Assembly (NCBI GenBank): GCA_963729895.1
Contig: CAVSQB010000028.1
Location: 227,495 to 291,494, forward strand
DNA from: an uncultured Fibrobacterota bacterium
GTDB taxonomy: Bacteria; Fibrobacterota; Chitinivibrionia; Chitinivibrionales; FEN-1185
Length of the DNA: 64,000 nucleotides
Direction of reading: 5' to 3'
Both the position numbers and the translations under genes were made by a program. The notes under the pieces were generated by a model, which worked only from the letters and a program-made list of their open reading frames with translations, had not been told where the DNA came from and did not search any database. How positions within the stretch are numbered: the stretch's first letter is position 1; the number at the start of each line of letters is the position of its first letter. Below are positions 20,839 through 30,576 of the stretch, one piece after another.

Positions 20839-21093
20839 CTACTCTTTACTTTTGGCAAGCAGGGTGCCGCCCAGAAGCCGCCGTTCGATCTCGCCGCGCC
20901 GGTAGCGTATACATCGCCCCATTCTCACCAATGGCAACCGGCCCGCGTCCGTGTGCTTTCGAACGAATTTTTCCGATACATTCAAGTATTCTGCCAGCTC
21001 GCGCGCCGTCAAAAAGTCGCTTCCCGCGTCCGGGCCTGCCGGGGCCGCGCTGCCATCACCCGTGGGCCGGGCCGTCGTTGTTTGTTCACTCAT
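20839..21093 (-). CDS. Excisionase-like HTH_17 protein
   Basis: FLTARELAEYLNVSEKFVRK...GRLPLVRMGRCIRY. Confidence 0.85.
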   Translation of the reverse strand: MSEQTTTARPTGDGSAAPAGPDAGSDFLTARELAEYLNVSEKFVRKHTDAGRLPLVRMGRCIRYRRGEIERRLLGGTLLAKSKE

Positions 21094-21199
21094 GTTATTC
21101 ACTCCTTTCCGTTTCGTTTCCGTCTTGCCTGGAAAGCGCCGCGCCGACGCTGGAGACGTAGCTGCAATAATGCCGCTGGAGTGCGCCGTAGCCGTCGCT

Positions 21200-21925
21200 T
21201 CATGCCATCACCGCTCCTGCCACACAATAATGTGTCTCATCCTTGCCACACACATGAGTTATTATGGGTTGTGGTAGCACCCACGGAAGGAATGTGTAGC
21301 CATTTGCGTGCTTGCTAAAGGTCCCGCGCTCTCCATGCGTGATTCTTAGGAGTCCTTCGGCTTCAAGTTTATTGAGTGCTCTTAGAATGTCCTTGGGGTC
21401 AAGTCTCGCGCGGTATTCATCCAAAAGACGCGCCTGCAAAGTCCTCAGCCCGATGTATATAATTTTTCGTGCGTTCTCCTTCTGGATTTTGGAAAGGATT
21501 TTCAATAAACAGGACATAAGGTATCCGTGTGGTTCGCACTCTCTCAGGAGAAAACTTTCTGCTTCAATTATTGAAAACGGCAATTCAATATTTTCTTGGT
21601 ACGCCACACGCTTGAAACTGCACCCGGCGTCTGGGTGTAAGCAGTAATCGTTGAGTGCCTTGCATGATAGATTGCACTCGTTTTTGAAAAACCATTCAAC
21701 GTAATCGCATAATTGCCGCTTGGCTTCACCTTCTGTAAACTTGCGGTAATTTTTGTGATTCCATTCCATGAGTGCTTGCTTTATTTCGCATTTCTCAACC
21801 TTGAGCCTATTCAACTCGTAGATGATTGCATGGCGCATCTTGCGAAAATGGTCTTTATCTTGCGCGCCTTTCTCAAAAGCAAGCCTTACACATGGGCGCA
21901 TCCGGCCTAATTGATTTTCGGGCAT
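21200..21925 (-). CDS. Putative replication protein: primase accessory (PriCT/PriL-like, Cys-rich) domain plus winged helix
   Basis: RPC...LMEWNHKN...SCKALNDYC...C pattern; C-terminal GLRTLQ...RALNKLEAEGLL...NGY wHTH. Confidence 0.5.
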   Translation of the reverse strand: MPENQLGRMRPCVRLAFEKGAQDKDHFRKMRHAIIYELNRLKVEKCEIKQALMEWNHKNYRKFTEGEAKRQLCDYVEWFFKNECNLSCKALNDYCLHPDAGCSFKRVAYQENIELPFSIIEAESFLLRECEPHGYLMSCLLKILSKIQKENARKIIYIGLRTLQARLLDEYRARLDPKDILRALNKLEAEGLLRITHGERGTFSKHANGYTFLPWVLPQPIITHVCGKDETHYCVAGAVMA

Positions 21926-21944
21926 ACTGCATTTCCTGAGGCGC

Positions 21945-22160
21945 TTATATTTCTTTTTGTGCCGTCTGTTGTTTTGCTTCTTCTTCCCACCTCTGAAAAA
22001 CAAACCGCACAAGCCGCTCGTAATTGTCATTCAAGAACCAATACCCGTTGACCGCGCCGGAAAGCCGCTGATATGGTATACCCGTTGCCCGGCAAAGGTC
22101 TGAAATAGTTTTTCCTTGCAATCGGCATTTTTCTTTGATGTCAATTCTAACGTCTGGCAT
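21945..22160 (-). CDS. Cro/XRE-like HTH protein
   Basis: GKTISDLCRATGIPYQRLSGAVNG; AGGAG RBS. Confidence 0.75.
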   Translation of the reverse strand: MPDVRIDIKEKCRLQGKTISDLCRATGIPYQRLSGAVNGYWFLNDNYERLVRFVFQRWEEEAKQQTAQKEI

Positions 22161-22319
22161 GTTGTTTCTCCTTGTTATAGTGCCGCTGCATTTGATACAA
22201 AAGATACCGCATTTGTTGATTTTGGGAAATAGAGATCAAATGAAAAGCCCACTTTTCATAGAGAAAAGAGGGCCAACAAACCCGATTTCTTCGGGTTTCT
22301 TCGGTTTTCTTCGGAGACG

Positions 22320-23600
22320 TTAAGAGGGGGTAAGGGGCGGTTTCTTTTTCTTGTGTCCTTTTGGTTGAAGACTATTGTGGAGCCTTTCTTTGTCTGCTCT
22401 CTTAAAATACCACATTCCGCAAATAGATTTTATTGCTCCGCACCATAGGGAATTATTCCTTTCAAGCCTGTTTGTTATAGTTCCCGGATCACAAGGTATT
22501 TCGTCCGCAATGGCCTGAAGGGAAGGCATTTGAACAAAACCCTTTGCAGGCACTATTGAATCACCGCCCCTATTTTGCGCCGTTTCCTGCTTGCCGTCCC
22601 CCGGCTCCGGCGCTTCCATCGTTCCCGGTTTCAATTGTGTCGCTTCTATCTTCCCGTCCAAGCTCTCCAACTTTTCAAACAACCTTTTCGATATTGCGTC
22701 GCGCTCTTCTTGCTTTCGGCTCTCCATTATTTCCTTGATGCTTGCGAATATGGTTCCATCGTTGAAAAGCTCAATTCCCGCTTTCTGTGCCTTCCTCTTA
22801 AGCAGGTCTTGAAAACCATACACGTTTTGAAGGATTTTCAAGTCTTCATTTCCTAATCCAAGCGCACCAATACATGCCTTCCGAATTACCGCTGCCAGGA
22901 TAAGGGTAATTTCATTAGTACATCGTACAACGTTGAAGGACTTTCCGTAAATTGTTTTTTCTGTTAATGTCGAAATGTCAATGCCGCAGTCTTTCAAGGC
23001 TTCCAAGAAATCCAAATGGTGCGGCATGAACGGTATGCAGATAGCATCAAGCATAGACATTTCGTCTATTGTCCCAACCTCTGGAATCTCTGGGGTATCT
23101 TTCAAAATCAGAAATGTGCGTAGCGCCTCATTCCTTTCAAAAGCATAAGGTAATACCCTCTTGCCCTTCGCCAACAACCATTCTGCAGGCTTATCGCAAT
23201 CCCACAAAATTTCCTCATTAATGGAGCTTGATACGTCTACGGCGCGTTCGGCTTGGATGTTCAAATAATCAAGAATGGCATGGTCTGTTCGCAATATGTC
23301 AAGTATTGGTCTAAATTCTTCCGGTGAAATCGTTACGTCGTCCGGTGATTGATTGGGCTTAAGGTAGCCTGCGTGCGGGTACTTTGGGGTATGGTTTATC
23401 GGTTTGTCAGGCTGTTCTATTATGCCGGGCAGGAGATTGGTTCCTAGCCGCTTCTGCGTTATACACCATTGCGTTTCAACAACTGCGAAAAACCTTTTCA
23501 AGTTTTCTTTGGTTGCAGGCGAAAGGCCGGGCGTGGAAACCGGTTTTCCTCCGCTTGAGAGAATCCTTATGAAGTCTTCTTTTGTAATTTCCTCTTGCAT
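22320..23600 (-). CDS. Hypothetical protein with possible C-terminal HTH
   Basis: 426 aa open frame; SLQAIADEIPCDPGTITNRL near the C-terminus. Confidence 0.6.
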   Translation of the reverse strand: MQEEITKEDFIRILSSGGKPVSTPGLSPATKENLKRFFAVVETQWCITQKRLGTNLLPGIIEQPDKPINHTPKYPHAGYLKPNQSPDDVTISPEEFRPILDILRTDHAILDYLNIQAERAVDVSSSINEEILWDCDKPAEWLLAKGKRVLPYAFERNEALRTFLILKDTPEIPEVGTIDEMSMLDAICIPFMPHHLDFLEALKDCGIDISTLTEKTIYGKSFNVVRCTNEITLILAAVIRKACIGALGLGNEDLKILQNVYGFQDLLKRKAQKAGIELFNDGTIFASIKEIMESRKQEERDAISKRLFEKLESLDGKIEATQLKPGTMEAPEPGDGKQETAQNRGGDSIVPAKGFVQMPSLQAIADEIPCDPGTITNRLERNNSLWCGAIKSICGMWYFKRADKERLHNSLQPKGHKKKKPPLTPS

Positions 23601-23703
23601 CCTTGCCCCCTTCCGGGCGTTCCGCTTTTAGTGGGAAAGGAAGGCGCGCAGCGGAAGGGTGCGCGCCGTATCATCGCAGGTAGCTACCCCGCGACTATCC
23701 CAT
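23601..23703 (-). ncRNA. Putative C4/CI-like antisense cloverleaf RNA
   Basis: Closing stem plus two hairpins with loops GUAGCU and CCCUUCCGC; complementary GCGGAA / CGGAAGGG sites downstream and upstream of the integrase. Confidence 0.5.
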
Positions 23704-23753
23704 TTAAAAAATCTCTTTTGGATAAATTACAATTTGCATCATGCGAAAAACGG

Positions 23754-25109
23754 CTATCTTACCAATGAAATCCGTTTTGATTGTATACCCGCGCCCGTTT
23801 GCATTTGAACAAAATAAAAACCGGATGCAGTATTCCGGGTATCCCATGTTGCGCAGTGCGCGCCTGATTCAAGATTCTTGTTGACAAGAGATGATACTTC
23901 ATGGCCTGATAGATTATAAATCTTGACGCTTACCTGATCTGAATGAGGAAGAGAGAATTTAAAGGTGAGGAAACGGTTCACATCTCGTATGGTAAGATTT
24001 TCTTGTTGTACCATTATTCGTTGCGATTTAGGATTAATTACCCCTTCCATTTCTGAAAGCGGCCTTCGCCAAAGCGCGCCGTCCATAGTCACGGCAAAAA
24101 TATTGCTGTCGCCCACTGAAAGAGACAAGACATACAAATTCGTCAAGCCAGAATTGGCCGCAGTCCAGTTTGTGCCGTTGTTGGTGGAAAGAAAAACACC
24201 GCCGCCCTCAGTACCGGCAAAAATAGTGCCGCTGCTCACGGCAAGCGAAAAGACCTGAGTATTCGTGAGAAGTCCGTTAGTATACGTGAGTCCATTATTA
24301 ACCGCCTTCCAGCTTGCACCTTTATTGGTGGAGAGAAAGATACCTTGGCCATCAGTCCCTGCAAAAATGTTGTTGTCCTTTACGGCAAGAGAGTAGACTT
24401 TACTATTTGCAAGACCGGAATCATTGGCTGCCTTCCAGCCGCCACCACTCGCTAGATTGCCGAAGGTAGACAAAAAAACGCCACCCTGAGTACCGGCAAA
24501 GATTGTGTCGCTACTTGCGGCAAAAGACATAACCTCGTAAAGAATCGGGGAATAATTGCTTCCCGAGTTAGTTGGAAATCCTTCATTGATTGGAAACCAA
24601 TTGACTCCGTTGTCAGTAGATAAACAGATTCCGCCAAGATAGGTCTCAGCAAAGATTGCGCTATCACATATAGCAAGAAGGTTAATAGTGCTCCAGCTTC
24701 CTTGCATCAAATATTGTGTTAGACCGTTATTAACAGCCTTCCAGCTTGTTCCATTATTCGCGGAAATGTATACACCGTATTCATCTGTTCCCGCGAAAAT
24801 ATTATTTCCGCTCACGGTAAAACGATTCACTACACAAGAATAATTACTGGCAGTTGCCGGAAGGCCGAAATTTGCAGCAGTCCAGCTTGCTCCATTATTG
24901 GTTGACAAAAAGACACCGCTATCTATCCCCACAAACATATTGTTTCCAGTAACTGCAAACGCACTAACGCCTGATGGCAAACTGATGTCGAAATTTCTAC
25001 AGCCACCCCCGAATGGCACATTTATTTTGACCCATTGCCCACTTGCTGTATGCGTAAATAGAACCAGCGACCCAATACCAACGATAAGATTCTTCAAAAT
25101 GCTTTTCAT
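23754..25109 (-). CDS. Secreted BNR/Asp-box beta-propeller protein with C-terminal sorting-type domain
   Basis: Signal peptide; repeated IFAGT..GGVFLSTNNGxxW units; VKIYNLSGHEV...WD...SGFYF tail. Confidence 0.8.
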   Translation of the reverse strand: MKSILKNLIVGIGSLVLFTHTASGQWVKINVPFGGGCRNFDISLPSGVSAFAVTGNNMFVGIDSGVFLSTNNGASWTAANFGLPATASNYSCVVNRFTVSGNNIFAGTDEYGVYISANNGTSWKAVNNGLTQYLMQGSWSTINLLAICDSAIFAETYLGGICLSTDNGVNWFPINEGFPTNSGSNYSPILYEVMSFAASSDTIFAGTQGGVFLSTFGNLASGGGWKAANDSGLANSKVYSLAVKDNNIFAGTDGQGIFLSTNKGASWKAVNNGLTYTNGLLTNTQVFSLAVSSGTIFAGTEGGGVFLSTNNGTNWTAANSGLTNLYVLSLSVGDSNIFAVTMDGALWRRPLSEMEGVINPKSQRIMVQQENLTIRDVNRFLTFKFSLPHSDQVSVKIYNLSGHEVSSLVNKNLESGAHCATWDTRNTASGFYFVQMQTGAGIQSKRISLVR

Positions 25110-25232
25110 AGGTGCCCCTTTCATGGTTGATTGCATATCAAAAATCACCATGATGATTTCCCGCCAAACAAGAAAAAGGGACGCGACTCTCATTCCGGCC
25201 TGTTCTGCGGCAAAGGATGCTTTCTTCACAAA

Positions 25233-26573
25233 CTAATTCGTTGACACTATTCTTACCGCCCACCTACCCATTGCTGATATTTTTAAGTAATATGTGCCTG
25301 CTTTGGGCTGATAAGAAGAACCCGGCCCTACCTCTGCCTGGTTAGCTATCCCGTCTACAAAATTTCCATCTGCATCGTAGAGTTCCATTGAAAAAGCTAC
25401 TACTCCAAATGCAGCGGGGTAGGCATTCCACTGGATTTCCCAAGGGCCATTGACTGTAAATGGTCGGGTACTTCTGGTTCCCGTACCCGAAAAGGACGCT
25501 ATAACATTACCGGAACTTTGATGGGATTCTTCCGAATTATTCCTATTGACACCAGCAGCAATATCCGCAGTACCTTTCTTATCTTCGTATGTTCCTTCAA
25601 ATTTCTTTTTCCCGTTCTCATACCAAGTAGTAACTGGCCCATTTTGTTTTCCATCTTTCCATACGGCTTCCGATTCCTTCTGCCCATTGTCAAACCATCT
25701 GGTCCATTTCCCTCCTTGTTTTCCAGCCTCATAGACACCCTCTGCTTGCTTTTGCCCATTATCAAACCACTCGGTATCAGGTCCATCTTGTTTTCCATCC
25801 TTATAGACAGCTTCCGAATGTCTTTGTCCATTCTCATACCAAAGGGTAGAAACTCCTTCTACTTTCCCATTCTTATACGTTCCTTCAAATTCCTTTTTCC
25901 CGTTCTTATACCACTCAACAACCTGAAAATTTGATGTATCACTGCCGCGCAACTCACTTTCCTTTTCGCCATTCTCATACCAAGTATTCATTGAAAGTGG
26001 ATTAAAGGCCTTTTCATGTTCCTTTTGGCCATTCTCATACCAAGCAGTTTCAGCAACTTCTGTTCCGTTTTTGCAAGAAGCAACTGTTTGCTTTTGTCCG
26101 CCTTTGTACCAAATGGTAGCCAGACCTTCTAATTTTCCGTCTATATAAGTCTCTTCCTCTTGCTTTTGTCCATTATCAAACCATAGAGTAAATGTTCCCT
26201 CTGATTTCCCGTTCTTATAAGTACACTCCTGTTTTTTTTGCCCGTTCTCATACCACAACACCCATTTCCCTTCGCGTCCACCTTTTGGTATCCCTGTGCT
26301 TCCAACAGCGGTATCCGTTGCAGGCCTGTTCTTGTATGCTCCCGTTGCTTCCTTTTGTCCAGAAGCGTACCATCTATTGTATTTCCCATCCCTCACATAA
26401 TTACCCTGTTTATCTAGTTTGACGTAGTATTGCTCCTCTAATTGCCCGCTAGGGTATTTCGATTCCTTCAGTTCTCTTTTTTCGATACAGCTTAATAAGG
26501 GAGTTAGGAAAACAACAATTAGCAAGGCGACTTTGAAGAAAAGGGCTGGCGTTTGATTAGTATTTGTTTTCAT
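25233..26573 (-). CDS. MORN-variant repeat (YwqK-like) lipoprotein
   Basis: Lipobox LLSC; more than 10 WYENGQKxxExxYKxGKxEG repeats. Confidence 0.85.
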   Translation of the reverse strand: MKTNTNQTPALFFKVALLIVVFLTPLLSCIEKRELKESKYPSGQLEEQYYVKLDKQGNYVRDGKYNRWYASGQKEATGAYKNRPATDTAVGSTGIPKGGREGKWVLWYENGQKKQECTYKNGKSEGTFTLWFDNGQKQEEETYIDGKLEGLATIWYKGGQKQTVASCKNGTEVAETAWYENGQKEHEKAFNPLSMNTWYENGEKESELRGSDTSNFQVVEWYKNGKKEFEGTYKNGKVEGVSTLWYENGQRHSEAVYKDGKQDGPDTEWFDNGQKQAEGVYEAGKQGGKWTRWFDNGQKESEAVWKDGKQNGPVTTWYENGKKKFEGTYEDKKGTADIAAGVNRNNSEESHQSSGNVIASFSGTGTRSTRPFTVNGPWEIQWNAYPAAFGVVAFSMELYDADGNFVDGIANQAEVGPGSSYQPKAGTYYLKISAMGRWAVRIVSTN

Positions 26574-26949
26574 GCATCCATCCTTTGTTAAGCAATTAAT
26601 AATAAAAAGGACGCGACAATCAAACGTCCTGTTCTGAGGTACTGGTATACCTTTCCGCAAGACGAAAGAAAGCGCGTCCCTTACGGGACGCACATTTCTA
26701 CTCGTTCTGCGGAATTGAAATTTACCAGTTTTCAGAACAGAACCAAGCAAAATATGCGTTATCTATTTCAAGTTTCTTCTGTTTTATTTTCTCAAATCAT
26801 CTATCCTTTGTAAAAGCGTTTGATGCCTCTTTCTTTTCAGTATACATTTTCCCATTCCCGCGCGCAAATTTCACCAGTTATTTCTTGCCCTTCCCGATCT
26901 CCTTTTCAATCCGCTTCACCTGGCGCGCTATTCCCTTTTTTCAAGTGCT

Positions 26950-27138
26950 CTAAGCCAAATCCCTTTCGACGCATTGCCGTAGGTAATCGGACAAGTTCCC
27001 TTCTTTGCCGATCTTCTTTTCGACCCGCCTCACCATTTCTAAAGGAATTTTGACGCTCAACCGGACCGTGCCCTTGCTTTTCTTTCCCCCGAGCCGTGGC
27101 CGGTGCCCGCGCCGCTCTGTCGTGTTTCCCATGCTCAT
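26950..27138 (-). CDS. Ribbon-helix-helix regulator
   Basis: VRLSVKIPLEM...NLSDYLRQCVERDL; GGAGG RBS. Confidence 0.7.
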   Translation of the reverse strand: MSMGNTTERRGHRPRLGGKKSKGTVRLSVKIPLEMVRRVEKKIGKEGNLSDYLRQCVERDLA

Positions 27139-27168
27139 TTTTCGCACCTCCTTTGGTTTCACCCCTCA

Positions 27169-27197
27169 AATATACGCCACATTCAATGGTGTGTCAA
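27169..27197 (-). promoter_or_regulatory. Sigma70-type promoter for the RHH gene, overlapped by a direct repeat (possible operator)
   Basis: TTGACA-17-TATATT on the minus strand; AAATnTAnGCnACnnTCAATGGTGT occurs twice in 27168-27225. Confidence 0.65.
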
Positions 27198-27365
27198 ATG
27201 AAATTTATGCTACTATCAATGGTGTTTCCATTGATTAAGTTTACATAAAACTGCCTATGCGACATTGCGTTGTAAGTCGTTGTTTCCACGCACATGCTTG
27301 TTAAATATAACCTAAAAGCCCAAAAACGGTACTATGGGTAGTAGCGCAGATTTTAAGTGGTGTTT

Positions 27366-27587
27366 TCATGCGAGAAACGCGCCCTTTCCCGCATGATTTC
27401 GAGCACTTTTTCCCTCGTGCATTTTGCGCGCCGTCAATATCGTTTCGCGCCGTCTCCTGGCCTCTGCCGGGTCCGTGCCGTCTGCCAGGATCAACGCCCC
27501 GTGGCAGTCGTGGCCACACGACGCAAGCGGGCACCCTATGCACTCACCGCCGTTCGATGCCTCGTTACAATATTCTTTTCGCTTCAT
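27366..27587 (-). CDS. Small Cys-rich hypothetical protein
   Basis: 73 aa with CxxC-x4-CxxxCH; AAAGG RBS. Confidence 0.45.
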   Translation of the reverse strand: MKRKEYCNEASNGGECIGCPLASCGHDCHGALILADGTDPAEARRRRETILTARKMHEGKSARNHAGKGAFLA

Positions 27588-29267
27588 GGTTTGCCTTTCT
27601 CATGTTGTTCCCTCGCGCGCGCGTTTATTGACTCCGAAAACCTCGCAAAGTCATGCCTGTTTTCAGCGCTCGCACCGTTTCTTTTATGGCATTACAAAAC
27701 CTTCCCTTTTATGGACTGACAAAACCTCGGAAAATCATTGGTTCCCTCGCGCGCATAGGACGCACCGTGACGGCGTTATGTTACATAACGATGCGTCACG
27801 TAACGACGAGCGCGTAGGACGCACGCGCCGCCTGTCATGGCTACTGTCCTGCCTAACCCCGGTTCCCCGCGCACGTGGTACGCACGTACCGCCCGTCATG
27901 AACGCTGTCATGAACAAAAGGTTTCCCACGCGCGCATCCTGCACCCTGTGCTGCATAAGATTTCGTGCGTTTTTGAGCGTTTTTCCATAAAAACAGGCCA
28001 TTTTTCGCTTCATTCGGGCCTTTTTAGCATTTTTTCGGCGCCGGATTATGCAATATGATATGCAGTATTTCTGCCGTTGTTCACCCGCGAGCGTAGGACG
28101 GACAAGGCTCTCGCCTGTTAACAAATGTTAAGGTTAAGAAGTTTCCCCCGCGTGCGCGTTGACGAAAACAGGCGCGTAAGTTGCGAAAGGATGCACTCGC
28201 GGCCCTTGCCCCGCGTGCGTGAACACCTTTTTCCTGTTCCTCTTTATGGCCCCACAAAACCTCGAAAAATCGTGCCTGTTTTCCGCGTGTGGATCGTTCC
28301 TTTTATGGGGTTGCAAAACTCCATGGCTCGCGCGCACGTGCTGCCAGCAGCAACCTGGATGCAACCAAGGTTGCAATTTATCCACCCGAATACAACTAAA
28401 GTTGCAGTCTGTTCCCCCGCGCGCGTGGACGCGCCTTTTCCCTGGGACATTCTGTTTAATGTCCCGCTTTTGTCCTGGACAAATCAGGTTGCTTCCCCAC
28501 GCCTAGCCCGCACCTGTTGGTTAATGTTGCCATTAAGCCCGGTTCCGTGCGCGTGAACACCCCTCTTCCTTTTGCTTCCATGGCATTTCCCGACATTCTG
28601 TGCAGTGGTCCCGAATCAATTTCTTATGAACAAGCCCGATTAATCGGTTGTTAATCGGTCGCTCGCGGCCGGATTTCAGGTTTTGTCAGGTTCACGGCCT
28701 CACCGGTCCGCGGTTGCGTGACCAATTTATAATGGACACACCTGTTTAACAAGTGAATAACAGGCTGCGCGTGACCAATACGCGCGCGCGTATTGGTCGC
28801 GCAATTCAATCCCGTTCCCTGCGCGCCCACCGTGCATTCATCCGAATTTTTCGGAGTCCATAAAAGACCGTTTCACCAAACGCGCGCGAAACGGGCCTGA
28901 AATCGCTCTGGGCTTCCCGCGCGTCCGGTAGTGGTCCCGGCCGCCGATCCTATGTGCCTTGCGCGTGTGTCGTGTCGTTCCCGGCCTTCCGCCGATCCGC
29001 TGCCGGGTGCGCCGTTCGCCCTCTTTAAGGGGGTTCGTTCAAAATCAAAATCCCTAGGATTCTGGATTGAATTGACAGATTTTCGTGTGTCCTACCGTTT
29101 CCCCTCGAAGCCTATTCTGTTCCCGGTTTCTTGACAAGTGGTGTGAAATGTTTTCACACTTGTTTTCACAGTACGGGGGAAAACGTAGTATTTGGTGGAA
29201 ATTCGGGCAAAAGGGAAGAAATGAAAAAACCCCCGAACCGCGTTCTTAAGCGAAATTCGAGGGTTTT

Positions 29268-29343
29268 TGGTACACCATTCAGGATTCGAACCTGAGACCT
29301 ACTGATTAAGAGTCAGTTGCTCTACCAGCTGAGCTAATGGTGC
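29268..29343 (-). tRNA. tRNA-Lys (anticodon CTT)
   Basis: 76-nt cloverleaf GCACCAT...ATGGTGT-A-CCA; anticodon loop CTCTTAA; GGTTCGAATCC T-arm. Confidence 0.97.
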
Positions 29344-29380
29344 ATTAACTTCTTTAATTACAATAACTTACAGAGCAATA

Positions 29381-29409
29381 TTGACTTTTGTTTGCGCTCA
29401 AGGTATACT
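29381..29409 (+). promoter_or_regulatory. Sigma70-type promoter of the island-2 integrase
   Basis: TTGACT-17-TATACT. Confidence 0.7.
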
Positions 29410-30576
29410 AAGTTTGTGCTTAAAATGTGTTGTTACTGTGCTGATACTCGAAAAGTGCTGTGTTAAAATCCGCACTTCTTGAATTATCGAATAAAATAAC
29501 ATCGGCAGGAAAAAAATGCAAGGAGAGAGCTAGAATGGGTAGACCCTCAAAACAGCTCTATGAACGAGATGGGATATATTATTACCGGCACAATGGCAAA
29601 AGATGGAGCACGGAAACCGGCAATCAATTTGAAGCGATGCGACGATCTCAGTTCATGCGGGCACGAAACATGCCGTGGTCAGAGCTCAAAGAAGAGTATA
29701 GCACAAAACTGGTGCTTACATTTGATCCCGCTGATGGAAGTATACATTCAAATCTTTCGCAATATTATCCCGATATGGAAGAACTCGGCAAGGATATTAA
29801 GAAGATGGCTGATGCCGAAATCGCACCTAAATTCGACGAGTTTGAACCCCCGAAGGATTGCAAAGATTTGGAGGTTCTTCTCAACTATGAATATCGGATC
29901 AAAAATACTGAAAACAAGCCGGCAAAAACGCTGGAATACTATCGAGATAGATACGATGCACTATTGCGATTTGTCAAACGGCACGAATTGAAACTGGATA
30001 CCTTCACAAGCGCTTTAGCTTTCTTATACCCCAAGGAACGCCTAAATGAAACAATGGGGCGCCCTGGCCAACTTGGCTTTAACAACCGGCCAGCGAGCGG
30101 AGCAACGGTGAACAAAGAAATTTCCTTGTTCAAATCGCTTTGGGGGGTATGGAAGGACGAAAACAGAGTTGCGGAAAATGTTTGGGCAAGGGTGCAGTCC
30201 GTAAAAGTGGAAACAGGCGACCTGTCAGAGCTTGAACCAGAACCGTACACCCTTGAACAAGTTGCAATGATTCTCAAGGAAATCACGGATGCAAGAATTC
30301 AAAATGTTCTGTTGTTCCAATGTATGATAGGCGCTCGACCCGGCTTGGAGGTTTTGGGGATCACGCCTGAAGCTATTAATAAGAATCAAATCTGGAGCGT
30401 GAAAAAACGGCGATGGGATCAAATGGAATATTCGGCAAAAGCAAGGGAATTTTATCACAAGAATTTAAATGCCCAGTCCGCGTAATTTGACCGGTGTATC
30501 CGGATTAATTTGACCGGACGGATGTCTTTACAGAAAGCGATTTACGGTAATAATATAAATGTTTCCATGTGTCCGG

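Larger units (their letters stand above)
19610..29312. mobile_element. Integrative element 1 (~9.66 kb, satellite-like) in the 3' half of tRNA-Lys(CTT)
   Basis: 45-bp terminal direct repeat; integrase, excisionase and HTH genes; arm-type repeat GAAATGTTTTCACACTTGTTTTCACA at both ends (19721-19746, 29145-29170). Confidence 0.9.

Noticed and set aside
27700..28560. Overlapping 70-190 aa ORFs on both strands
   Set aside because: Arg/Ala/Cys-rich, no RBS or motifs; consistent with translation of non-coding repeats
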